Shown here piece by piece: positions 46,845-59,708 of a stretch of 64,000 bases of DNA (its first letter is position 1; each line of letters begins with the position of its first letter). The stretch lies in NCBI GenBank assembly GCA_008632985.1, contig QPGO01000023.1:62001-126000 (forward strand), read 5' to 3'. A model generated the notes under the pieces. It did not search any database and was not told where the DNA came from. It saw nothing but the letters and a program-made list of their open reading frames with translations. The position numbers and the translations under genes are program-made. This DNA is from Psammoneis japonica. Taxonomy: Eukaryota.

Positions 46845-49843
46845 TTAGTTGTCATGGTCGGCCGTGTTTTCTTTTAACAAACGAATGAGTTCTGACTTCA
46901 TGACATCCAAGTTGGCAGCGAGAGGAATACACGCCATAAAATCCTGCTCACCGCCATATACTGCAAAGCCTAGACTAGCAAGTAAGGCGAGGCTTCCTTC
47001 GATACGAGCGATACGATCAAAAACCTTGTTGCTCAATTTGAACGTACGAAACTTTGACGTCCAAGGTTCACGAATGGCATTTTCGAGATACTTTTGAGCA
47101 GTGGAAAGTATCGTTTGCAACGCCTCCTTTCCGCTTTGGTTCAACTCAATGACGCGTCTTGCACAAGAATCGACAGACTCGACGGTCGGGGTTATCCTGT
47201 CTTCTTTGAACAAAGTTGTTGTACCAACCAGGGACCCTTTATCGAGGCCGGTTGAACTAGATCCATCTTGTTGCTCTTGGGAGTACATTTGAATGGCTTT
47301 CGCGGCCGCCGCGTTTGGTTCACTTCCGTACACAACAAGTTGCTCGAAGATTTCCTTGATGCGAGCCGCCGGATCTTTTGGTTTAGGCGTTTCGTTAGGT
47401 GAACGAACCAGGTACGGGTTTTCTACTTTTTCTCCAGACTTTGTTTCCTCCACGTCATCTGTACAGGACAACTCTAGCATCTGCATAATTTCCTGACTTT
47501 CTGCTGGGATTCGAGCAAACCAATTGTCCTTTAAGAGGGATTCAATAGTGACGTCCCCACCATGGCATGCTCGAGTCACATCACTACGCGCTTCTGCGCT
47601 GGGAACAACAACCTGCCCCGAAATTGCATCCAACACAACCAAGGAGGGAATTCCTCGAACTCCATACCGCGCCGAGATGTGCTGTTGTAGCATTCGTCCA
47701 TCCTGATACGGTACAGCTAGCCAAGGCATAGTTCCAAAATAGTGCTGAAAACCCGAAGCATCTCTGTCGGAACTCACAAACACAACCTCCAGCCCATGTA
47801 CCGAAGCAACCTCTTCCTTGAGATGGGTGTACATTTCAGCGAGCAAGGGCGTAAATTGCTTGCAAGGCGGGCACCAATGCTCTGAAAAATAGATCGCCAC
47901 CAATCGGTTGTTGTGGAGAGCGCTTGCCGTATCCAACAAGGTTGTTTTCGCGTTGCCCGGAGTATTCACCAATAGACTTGGCCCGAAAAGGTCAGAGAAG
48001 AAATCGGAATCGACGGGAACATCAAACTTGGGTTCATCTGGGTTCTCTGCCTTGTGCTGGATATCATGCTGATGGTCAGCATCGTTTTCGAGGAGAGCAT
48101 TCGGCAAGAAATGAAGTGTTTGCCACTCGGAAACTTCGATACATTCAAACGGGTACGCCTCTTTATCGAAAAGATAGACTGGCGAATTTGGCTTTGTCAC
48201 AAAACCGGTATAACGGCCTTTATTCGCCCGGGTAAAGGACAAGAATGACTCTTGCTTTTGTACGAGACTAGCGGTCAGTTGCTGTTGAAGGGACATTGCC
48301 TTGTCGGGCAGGCGGCACGTGACACGTCTCGGTCTCGAGTGCTTTTCGAGTTTCAAGCTACACGTGTCGCTTTTCTTTGGAGGACCAGATAGAACCAGAT
48401 CGATACCATTGCTTTCGTTACTTGCTGTACACATTGCCCAATCGGGATGTCGGTCCACCATTCCCACAAACATGATTGAAGCATTGGCAGCACTACTGGT
48501 CGCGTTGGCATCCAATGAAAACCCGCCGAGACGTTTCTGCATTGTCGCAACATCGACCTTGTCCTTTTTACTATTTCCAACAAGAACCACGATACGGTCA
48601 TTTGGAAGAGTATCCACAAACGCAGCCAAATCGGACCAAGCGTCAAAGGATCTAGATTGTAAGATACACCCGAGATTGGCTTCATCCAGCACAACAATAG
48701 ATATCGAGTCTGGTTGTCCGACCGCACAACCGACATTTTCCACATGAATGCTTCCGTGGTGTTTCATTGGCTTGGCACAAACCTGTATTGAGATTTTGTC
48801 AGTCTCGCGTTGCTGCGGAAAGAAGTTTTCGACATGAAAACCAGTCGCAGTATCTGGTTGCTCTTGAGATGATTCAGTTTCATCATTGTCGTCTCCGAGT
48901 TCAAGCCGCGCAGCTCTCCACGAGAGCGACCCACTAGTCCTACCCTCCTTGTATCCCTTGATCCACTTTTTGTAAGTCTTGTACTGCTCAAGAACTTGGT
49001 CCTCCGCCTTGCTACGTCGATCCAATTCCTCCAATCGTGCCTTAGACAAACCGATACGTAGGGTAGAGTTGAATTGCTTGATAATGTCCCGGCTCACTGC
49101 TTCACTCGAACGCATCTTTCGACGCCTAGCTTGAAAATCCTCTGTATTAAACTGCCGTGTGTAGCGAGGTGTAACATCGGCAACCTGATCGATCGACACC
49201 CCACGTTAAAACTCAACTTCTTTCCCCAACCCGCTTCATACATGCTGGGCTCTCCAATAACTCCTTCACAGGAATCCGCCATGATCCATTTGCCACGTAT
49301 GTAAACTTCAGTCCATACGTGATCTGTGACATCGAGAATGTATCGGGTCTCAAAGCCCAAAGCTCGACAGTACAAACCAAACAAATTGGCATACTCTCCA
49401 CAACGACCTTTGTGAGTCTCGAGCAGCTTTCGTGGTGAATTGAATCGAGGAAACGTCGTTGTTTCGTCGTCATTACAGGACGAACACTTGTATACTTCTA
49501 CCCGTGATGCATTTCCTTCACGTTCCTCCTCCGTCTCGGCATTACGGACTCGTTCACAACTTGTTTCTGTGCCGCCGCACTTGGTACACGGTGGAGCATC
49601 AACCCACGTCATTTTGTTCTTGAAAAAGAGTGCCAAGCGTTTCAATAAAAGCACGTCGCCCTCGTAGTACACATCATCGTCACGACAATACTCATCATTA
49701 TCGTCGCTCATGATTTGATCCAGAGGAATAAAGGCACGGCATTCTGCCAGCAAGAGCGGATCGGCGTCCCATGCTTGAACCGTCTCGATTGCGCTTTGAA
49801 TACGACGCTGAAACTTGCGGTCCTTGTCGTTGTCAACAGCCAT
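46845..49843 (-). CDS. Peptide:N-glycanase (transglutaminase-like core) with nucleoredoxin-like thioredoxin and C-terminal PUB domains
   Basis: CTKC/CSSC Zn sites, GRCGEYANLF, DVTDHVWTEV and DSCEG; YFSEHWCPPCKQFTP; KYLENAIREPWTSKFRTFKLSNKVF...LGF. One frameshift near 49205. Confidence 0.88.
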
Positions 49844-51419
49844 TCTTGTGTCAGCTTGTGTGTGTGTTGCCTAAGCTACTGTGAGAGCTGATACAAAATG
49901 ACAGTATTATATTTCGGTAAGAGAGAAAGGAGTTGCAACAACAACCACAAAAAAATATCATGAAAGATCGCAACACAGAAAATGCTGAAATGACTACGTT
50001 CTACTATGCGTGTGCTGTGTGCGTGCGGCTTGTGCGGTGTGTGCGGCCCGTGATGAGAGACGACACATCGCCTTATTGAGCCAATGCCTGAAGATGCACA
50101 ACATTTTACACAATGGAAAGCAACTTCAAAAGATGAGCTTTTGTCCGTTGTCCTCAGAGACACAGGACAACGTGGCATGATCTCTGACCCAAAAGTCATG
50201 CCCTTCACCCATGCAGGTTTGCTGACAAAGCAAGGAAAGTTCTCATGTTTTGGCGTCAAGACAGAGCTGCAACCACCGGCGCTTTCATCCTGCCAGAGCT
50301 GACAGCACAATGGTGAGGAGAGCATGGAGAATCCGGCAAATCTTCCTTTTGGCTTGATCTCATCAAAATGCCTCAGCAACACTGTGGCAAATGACTTTCC
50401 AACTGAAGCTGCATTTCAGCCCCCTCCTGCTCAACAACAAAGCAAGACTGCTCTCTCCTTTGCTGCTTGCCACATGGCCACAGCATCATTCCAGAACAAA
50501 GCACATTTGTTGGTGGCCCAGACAGCAAACCCACAAACAGAGATCTTGATTTCTGTGGGAGTGGCAGCAAGCTGTGGTGTCTGGAGCTGCTTTTGTGTGG
50601 AGACACATGTCATGGCTGATTTTGATGTGAGCACAACGGCTGCAAGCACCAAGAAGAAAGAGTTGCACCATGAAAGACCATCTGGCTGTCAACTGCCATG
50701 GACCAAAAAAAGTTGCAGGTGCAAGAATTAAAATCTGTGAGCTGTGCTGGCCACATTGTGGGAGGCTGCAAAACTGCAAAATGTGCTTGTGCCAAATTTG
50801 CTGAAAGACCAATGTTCCAGAGCTGAGGCTGCAATGTCCAGCAGCCACCTCTCTTTGAGACATTTCAGCCAATCCAATCTCAAATGAAATTTGACATGAC
50901 TCCACTGGCACATGGAGGCAGGAAGAAGCTTGTTGGGTGTGGATTCAAGTGAGAGCAGAGTGCGCGTCCAATTTGCAAAAGGCGCAGACATCTTTGGGCG
51001 TTTTTGTTTTGAGCACAGCATGTGTTCTGAGGGAGCTTGTTTTGCTGTTTCTGCTTGTGATCAGGTTGCTTGTCTGTCCCACCCTCTCATTCATGGTGTT
51101 CTACCTGCATGTGCTTTTGGTGTGTGGGCAGATGCATTGGCGCACATCTCCTGTTTCTGTTGTCTCCTTCTTGCATTTCTGGCTCCTTTGTCCTTTTCAG
51201 TTTTCAGCCATTTGTGCATGGCACACAAAGTCTGAGCTGCAGTGCATTGAAGAGCTTGCCACACATCATTGAAGACATCCAAAAATGCCTGGATGACCTG
51301 GCTCATTGCAGTTTGACTTGCTTTGAAATTTGGTTGCGTGTGCCCAGTGACCCACTGCAGTGCTCATCATTTCATCACCATTGTGGGGACAGCCATGTCT
51401 CATGATCAACACCAGCTCT

Positions 51420-51880
51420 TGAGAAGGCCACAGTGTTGTGTGGAATGTGAGCAAGGACAGAAGATGGAGCTGTGTTTTTAATCTGCTCTTGGCTTGCTTG
51501 GAGGAGGGAAAGCATTGCAGGGTCCCTGCTGAATGGCTCTGGAGAATGGTTTGACTGGCAACGAAGTGACGAAAAAGCTTGACATGCTTGATGCTGTCAG
51601 AGAAGAATGACTTGAGCAGGTTGGAGTTGTGTGGGATGTGTTGGAAAATCAGAGCCTGCTTGTGCTCCTGCAGACACTTCTCAGTGAGCACAACTCGAAG
51701 AGGCTGGAGTTCTTTTGAACAACTCAAGGAGCACAGTGGACATTGCACAGTGCCCAGCAAACACGCCAAGGACCAAAAAACCCAGGAATTGGCTGGACAA
51801 TCAATGGCAAGCTGGTGGGTCTGGGGATCATGCAAAGGTGGTTGCATGGATTGAATGCTGGGTCTCAACGTTGTTTGCCC
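51420..51880 (+). pseudogene. Helicase-associated (HA) repeat domain pseudogene
   Basis: VWNVSKDRRWSCVFNLL...HCRVP, LDAVREE*LEQVGVVWDV and FEQLKEHSGHCTVPSKHAKD match HA repeats, with Y->C/H and CGA->TGA changes. Confidence 0.7.
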
Positions 51881-52688
51881 AAAAAGCAGTCTCCACCACT
51901 GCCAGTTGGTGTTGACAGTCTTCTGCGATGACACTCTTGGTGTCATCTTGTCAATGTCAATGAAAGAATGAACCACATGACACATGGCATTGAATGTTTC
52001 TCCAGCCATTGTTTGGCTTTTTGACTCCACCAATCACCAGCTCATGACCATGTTTTTATGACACGTTGGCTCCATTTCCTCTTGCACCATCTGGCCTGAG
52101 ACATCAAGCTTGGTCAACTCAACTTTCAATGGCTGGCATCTTTTTAATGGTGCATGCAGTGACTGCCAGGTGTTGGCAATGTCTTTGTTGCAAGCAGTCT
52201 CCACTGTGAGACAGTGGCTGTTGAGTGTCTGTTGTGGTGGCACAAGAGTGAAATGTTGCACAGCTTGCTGCTGTTTGCCATTTGCCACTTGCTTCGAATT
52301 TAAGTTGAAGCACCAATGTCTGCATTGCACAGTGTGCTCCTCTTGAGAACAACAGCTGGCTGCAGTGTCTGACAAGAATGGAGAGAACAGAGACCATGGG
52401 AAGCTCCACAGCTTCCCAGCCAAACAAGATCTGGAGTGGCTGGCAAAAAGAGAGCAGCTCTGTTTGCTCCTTGCCTTGTTCCAAGCTCATTTCCAAGAGC
52501 ACACTGTGACAATGCTTTCTCACACTGCTGCTGCAAAGAAGCCAAAACAACAATGACAACAACAACAACAACTGCACAAGTGTGCCAAGAGGCAAGAAAC
52601 ACCCCCAAGACGACCCACCTGAATGCCCCACATTGGGGCACATTCTGGCAGCCAAAGCAAGGCTCACAAACCCACAGAAAAAGGAGAG

Positions 52689-53738
52689 GTGGAACAGCAG
52701 AGCAGCACAATGACCAGATTGTGTGCATGTGCACAACCTGCACAGCAAAATGTGCGAAATTTCCCAATGTTGAAAAAGTGCTTCCTGCTCTGCCACATGT
52801 GTGAGGAGTGTGTGGCGCTTCATGCACATCATGGTCTGCTTTGCTGTGGTTGACAAGCCCTTCCTGCATGCCGGCCAACATTGCTCAAAAGACACCCTCA
52901 TGAATGTTGTGAAGCACACAGCACTTTGCTGTCATCCCAACCTTTTTCTTGAAGAAAGGGTCCCCACTGTCTCACTCACTTTGCTGGCTGTTTTCAGAAG
53001 AGACAAGCTCGAAACTTCTGACAAAGCACACAAACTTTGACATTGTTGGAAAAGATCAGCTGCTCACAAGCCAGCACCAGATGACAACACAGAGCTTTGT
53101 CATTGTCATGCCGTGCTCTGGTGGCTGCTGCTGGCCCTCTCTCTGAAAGAAAAGTCTTTTTGTCAGCCTGCTTTAATCTGGAGCTCGGACCTCAACCACG
53201 AAGACGTGGAACAGCAGAGCAGCACAATGACCAGATTGTGTGCATGTGCACAACCTGCACAGCAAAATGTGTGAAATTTCCCAATGTTGAAAAAGTGCTT
53301 CCTGCTCTGCCACATGTGAGGAGTGTGTGGCACTTCATCATGCACATCATGGTCTGCTTTGCTGTGGTTGACAAGCCCTTCCTGCACGCCGGCCAACATT
53401 GCTCAAAAGACACCCTCATGAATGTTGTGAAGCACACAGCACTTGGCTGTTGTCCCAACCTTTTTCTTGAAGAAAGAGACCCCACTGTGCCACCCTCACT
53501 TTGCTGGCTGTTTTCAGAAGAGACAAGCTCAAAACTTCCAACAAAGCACACAAACTTTGACATTGTTGGAAAAGATCAGCTGCTCACAAGCCAGCACCAG
53601 ATGACAACACAGAGCTTTGTCATTGTCATGCCATGCTCTGGTTGTTGCTGCCAGCCCTCTCCACTGAAAGAGCAAGGCCAAAAAGTCTTTTTGTCAGCCT
53701 GCTTTAATCTGGAGCTTGGACCTCGACCACGAAGACGT
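52689..53738. repeat. Two tandem ~517-bp copies; the 3' part recurs at 54584..54725
   Basis: GTGGAACAGCAGAGCAGCACAATG at 52689 and 53206; ACAACACAGAGCTTTGTCATTG...GAAGACGT again from 54584. Confidence 0.9.
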
Positions 53739-55964
53739 CCCTGTCAGACTGTCGGCAGTTTCTTTCATTTCTGCGGTTGCCGTAAAGCGCACACAGGAAT
53801 CAGCAACAATTTTGAAAGTGCCAAGTTTCCACAATTCTTCTACATGCAAAATCATGGTGGCAATTCCACAGAGATGCACAAAAATGACAGTTGGACAAGC
53901 ACACCATTGTCCCACAATGAAAACACCACACAAGGCAATCTGCACATGTGCTCCTTCTTTGACACATGCACCCTCAGCAAATTCCTGAGCTTCTTGCAAC
54001 TTCCATGCAAAAAATTGCACCTTTTTGCAAAGAACAGGGCCAGCAGGTTGCCAGTTCATGGGTCAGCTCCCCATGATGTCAGCAAGAAATCCCGCTGGGA
54101 AATGTCAACAACCACCAAGTCAGATCATCCTGGAGACTGTCAGCAACAAAAAAGGATGACCACATGTGGCGATCTACATGGAGCCAGTGGAGGCTGTGAA
54201 CAATGATGAATTAAAGCCAATGCAAGGCCAGCTTCATTGTTTCAAGAGAAAGCCATGTGTGGTTGAGGACCATGGCACAGCGCCTCTCTCACATGAAAGA
54301 AAAGAGCGCCGCTTCTTTGGCATCAAAGACTTTTGACATCATTCCATCTTGACAATGATGGCTCTTTCTATGACAAGCAAACTTCCCAAACCAAGAAGCA
54401 CAAACCCTCACTGCTCTGTTCAATTCTGCCCACATGACAACTTGTTGAATGGACACATTGTTTTTGCACCCATGACCAACCATGGCAAAGGAGCTGCTCA
54501 ACTGCGCAGCTGCTGTGGCTCCAGAGATTGCAAGCTGTGTGTCACACCCATCACCTGGAGAACTAAAGCTCCTAACTTCAGTCACAACACAGAGCTTTGT
54601 CATTGTCATGCCGTGCTCTGGTGGCTGCTGCTGGCCCTCTCTGCTGCACTGAGAGAGCATGGCAGAAAAGTCCTTTTTGTCAGCCTGCTTTAATCTGGAG
54701 CTCGGACCTCGACCACGAAGACGTCACTGTCGGCAGTTTCTTTTCTACGGTTACCGTAAAGTGTACGTAGGAATTGGTACAATTTTGAAAGTACTGAGTT
54801 CCTACGAATCTTCTACATACGAAATCATGGTAGTAATTCTACAAAGATGCACACAAAATGATAGTGATTGAGAAATTTAGCAACGGTCACGAAACAAACA
54901 AATCTCTGTCTCGGAAATTCTTTCGTTTCGATCACAACTCGTTGTCTCGCACGATGTGTTGTTGTTCGCCAAGCAACGATTGCCGCGATCGCCCAGGATG
55001 GCTCGCCCTTCTTGCGGATAATAGAGAGCTAGCTCTTGTTTGGTGTTCCACAACTCATCATGCTTGTTGACGTGTTGTCTCCAGGTGGCGTAGGTGTTGC
55101 CAGTTAAGTCCAGAGGTCGGGGCAAATCGAATGCGTCTCTCCGGCCTTGAGTCCATGTCACTCTCGTGTCTTTGAGCGTAGGAAGTTGCCTGTTCGCTTG
55201 GCCCGTCAGGTCACGGCTGTTGAAACAGACAGCAGCGTTCGTCTGTGAAGCAGCAAAAGCTCGCCGAGCAGATCATACCGTTGACGGAACACAGGTTTGG
55301 GGTTCTGTCGTATCAGTGACATGATACGGTAAGTCTTCACTCGTAGGGAGTGTTGATTTAGAACGCGGTCGACTCGCAAGTTTTCTTGTTGTCTCCGTAG
55401 TACGTCCCCCCTTTTACTTTTTTTAGTGACATTTTTCACTCTGAAGATACGTAAAAGCTTGAGCGCCATCTTTTGACGGCGCTCTTGAGGCAACGTTACC
55501 CTACGCAACCGATTTCAATAGCAACTTTTGACTCTTTGAAGCTTTTCCAATAGAAATAGAAAATATAAAGTGCAATATAGCAATCTTTACTTTTGTGCAA
55601 ATTATTCCGTGCATACGTCAATGGAATGCGATGACGTTCGTAGCGCTTGCGATGTCATTGCATGCTTTCTTGCCTGGGGCCCACGCTGGGGTATTCGTTA
55701 CGGGATGCCGCAAGGCTTGTCGTCGACATGTGCTAGACTGTTTCGGCGCTGATCGCCTGCTGCATATTTTTTATCGATTCGTGGTATTCACGCAACAGAA
55801 GAATGCCGAATGCAAAGCCAAGGGGGGTTTATTCCGGCCCTCTCAATTCTAAAGTAGCTAGCTACAATACGCTCTATTCATAGCTAGAGAGAACGAAAGA
55901 TTCGCGTTTCGTGAGTTTATTTGTCTGGCGGTACCAACCTCCGTTTATCCTCTTTATCACCTGG

Positions 55965-58900
55965 CTAGATAATGTTGAATACCTTCTTCAGCTGAACAAC
56001 AAGTCTCCAATCCGAATTCTCGAGCTTGTCTTTGAAGTTGGCCTTGAGCGCGTCGATTGACGCTCGCGTCAGGGTCGAGTAGAGGCTGTGGGACGAATCG
56101 AATTGACGACCGTATTGAATATTGGGATTTTCTTCATTGACAATCTTAATGGCCACGGAAGATCCCTTGCGAGCAGTATCTTGCTCCTTGCCATTGCTCT
56201 CAATGGAGGTCACTTTTCCAACATGTAGTCCTCCCAGGGCTGGGATACACAATGGAGTGCCGACTTTGAGAATACCTTCCGTAACTTCAACACCAACAAT
56301 GATTGGATCCTTTTGGTTGAAAATGTGTTGAGGCAAAATCTTGATAATGCTGGGAAACACAGCGACACTATCAGGCAAAAAAGACAAATAAAGTGTGAGT
56401 CGATCAAGTACAAACCTGCAACACTCGTACAGTACGCAACAAAGCACGTGGTTTCCACGTACGCTGCTGCCTCTTCTCGTCTGCGATCCGCTAGTTCGTC
56501 CATGAACCTGGTGAATTGATCAAACAAGTGGTAAATAATATCGGCGGTGAAAATTCGGACGCTCATCTCATTGGCGTGTTCTCGGGCCTCGCGTTCAATC
56601 GTCACATCAAACGCAAGGATCGTGGCGTACTCGGGACAGCCTTTTTCGTTCATAATGGAGATTTTCGTCACGTCACGCTTGTGTACCGTTCCAATTCCAA
56701 TTGCACTGACGGGTATGGGCGGGTTTGTTTCTTCCCTCAAGAACTGCAGGAGCGCTTCGAGAGCACCCAAGGTTGAGGCTTGGACCATTACTCCCTTTTT
56801 GTCTGTACTCAACTTGTCTTCGAGTGCAGTCAAATCAGACATGACCTCCGCCTTGATATCTTCCTCTTCGTCGTCTTCTCCAACAATCTAAGAATCAAAT
56901 ATAGCCAAGATAGTTAGACCACAACTGAAGAGCTCGACGCGCAGGACTATCGTTAGCTTACCATTACCGGGGTGCCGGCCATGACCTTCTCGAGTCCGTT
57001 TCCGATAATCTTGACACCAAGCGCTCCCTTGATTTCTTTATGATGAATGTAATCTGACTTTATCCTCATTTCTCGGCTTGGTGGTGGCGTCAGCAAGCCT
57101 CGGATTTCGGTAACAATTGGACCGTCCAGGGTACAAAACACGGCCTTGTCGCCCTCCCGTAGGTAACCATTTACCACCAGGGCATCTACAGTCATGCCTA
57201 ATCCATCGATTGCTTTCACTTCCAATACGGTACACTGCAAGTTGGCGCACCACATGATTTTCTTCCATAGCTTGCGTTGAGCCATTTCACAAAGGAGCAT
57301 CAGGACGTCTTGAACTCCCTCCCCCGTCACGGCCGACGTTGGTACGAGCGGGACAAAGTCTGAATTTGTCCAATCCTCATCCCCCATTTCCCAATACAAG
57401 TTTGAGTTGACGCCCTGCTCCTGCAGCTGAACCTTCGCTTCCGTAGAGCGACTGCGAAACTCTGAAATCGTACCCTCGGGTTGATCCTTGAGCGCATCGC
57501 GAATAGGGGTATCTTTACACGTCTTCCAAGCATAACACCTGTCCACCTTGTTCAATGCTACGACAAAAGGACAATTTCGCTTACGCAACATGGTGAGACT
57601 CTCGATGGTCTGCTGCTCCAAACCGTGCATAAGATCGACAACAAGAATAGCAACGTCACAAAGGGACGATCCACGGGAACGAAGATTGGTAAAAGACTCG
57701 TGGCCTGGGGTATCAATCACCAGCATTCCCGGAACTTTGATGTCAAACTTTTCCGTTTCATTGAGCTTGGCAGTTTGGTGGATCAGAGTCGATTGTTCAA
57801 AGTATGTCGCTCCGATTTGCTGAGTAATACCACCAGCTTCGCCTTCTTGTACATTGGTCTTTCGAATTTTGTCCAGGAGCTTGGTCTTTCCAGTATCAAC
57901 GTGGCCCATGATAACAACAATTGGGCAGCGCAAATCGTCCTTGGATCGGGCTGCCAAGTTGGCCTTTTCTTGTTCCAATCGCTTCTTTCGTCCCTCCTCA
58001 CGTTTCTGAGCCGCAAGTTGCTGCTGTCGGTTGGCCTCTTCTTGCTCTGCCTGGATTTGGGCAAGCCGTTCAGCTTCCTCGGCTTCGCGCTTTGCACGTT
58101 CAATTCCCATTTGACGAAGTCGCTCTTGCTCTTTCTTCTTTTCCATAGAGATCAAATCCTCCTCGTCCTCGTTATCCATTTCCACCTTTTTGAGCTTTGC
58201 AGCTAAATCGTCAAATCTGCCACCCTCGTCATCTGAGTCTGCATCCCACTCTGCACCGGACGATTCATCGTCCCACTCTCCACCAGACTCCTCGTCTTTC
58301 TTTTCCTCTTTTGTCTCTTCCTTTACGGGTTCTGGTTCTGGCTCAGGCTCTGGCTCGGGTTCAGGAACAACCTCTTTCTCCTCCATCGGTTCCTCTTGCA
58401 CCTTTGGTTGCGCTGCGCCACCCTTGCCACGCCCACCCTTTTTCTTGTTGTCATAGACTGGTTTCTTTCTGTCCAGTTGAGAAACGGGAACCATACCCGC
58501 GGCTTCCATGGCTTTCAGCCTCTGGGCTGCTTCCGCTGCTTTTCTTTTCTGTGCGGGGGTCATGTAGGTTCCCTCCCTCTTTTGTCTCTCAATCTTGTCC
58601 TTTTTTTTCTGCTTTTTCCGTTCCTTCTCTTCGGCAATTCTTGCAGCTTCTGCCGCCTCCTTTGCCTCCTCTTCTGCAATACGGCGCGCCTCCGCCTCTT
58701 CAGCAGCCTTGATACGTTCCTCCTCCTCGCGCTGTAGTCGAAGACGTTCCGCAATCAACTTGCCCTTCGCAGAAACCTGAGAGTAAAAAACAGCAGTAGA
58801 AATTATGAAGTGAGAGATATTATAGATAACAAAAGAGAATACAGCTCTATCTCTCGCAAAAGCGGCGCGATATCAAATTTGATTCTCAAACCCATAACCT

Positions 58901-59269
58901 GTTTGTTCATCCATCACAAAACGAGAACAGCACACGCACCTTTTCGTCGGCTTTTCCATCTCCTCCTCCACCGCCTCCCTTCTTTTTCTTCTTCTTTTTC
59001 TTATGATCCTTCTTTGCTCCTCCTCCTCCATCACCAGCATCCAGTCCTTGTGCCGCGAGAAAAGCCGCAGCCGCGTCTAAACCACCCGCATCAGCTTTGG
59101 GAGCTTCGTCGTGTTGTTGTTCCTCTTGTTTGGGAGCTTCTGATTTTTCTGCTTCTTCCTTTGGAGGAGCCTCTGCTTCCAAGAGAGCCTCCCAATCATC
59201 ATCTTCTTTCGGTTGGGCCTTGCCGCCGCCGCCCCCCTTTTTCTTTTTGCCTTTGTTTTTCGGCGGCAT
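55965..59269 (-). CDS. eIF5B: Eukaryotic translation initiation factor 5B (IF2 family GTPase), multi-exon
   Basis: MGHVDTGKT, GEAGGITQQIGA, DTPGHESF, NKVD, QASTLGALEAL, ADIIYHLFD and YGRQF motifs; K/E-rich N-terminus; several GT-AG introns. Confidence 0.96.
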
Positions 59270-59708
59270 TGTCGTCGTGTTGTTGTTCGTTGTTCGTGGT
59301 GTGATGTTGCCGATGGCTCGAGCGCGAGCACGTAGAAACGAATACTGTGCTTTCTGTATGTAGAAAGCTCTGTAGGATGTTGGTACACGTCTCAAGCTTC
59401 AACTTGCGCGCGTGGAACGCAATTATTCCGCGCGACGTTGTGGAGGGAGTTCAGCAATTTCAAAAAATGGAGGAATGGGCGGGTGCTGAAACCTGCAATA
59501 ACACTCGAATTCATTGTTGCGCCGACAAATCAAGCGACGAAATTATCTTTATTATGCTTTTAACCTTACTATAAACACTCTACAAACTCTAGCGACAGTA
59601 GCTCCGCTCTATTTCATTCCCTCTATCAGAACTGTCGCACGTTTGTTTGCCTCACGCATGGTAACGTCGTTCTACGCGTCCTATCAAATAAGAAGTAACC
59701 TTATTAAA

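Larger units (their letters stand above)
50080..54740. other. Hypermutated tract E
   Basis: Very few TpA and few CpG; abrupt return of TpA at ~54745. Confidence 0.88.

Noticed and set aside
1210..54740. Ordinary CpG methylation decay or classical RIP as the full explanation of the TG/CA-rich tracts
   Set aside because: CpG decay does not consume TpA and RIP creates TpA. Paired copies and Tyr codons show TA as the ancestral state.
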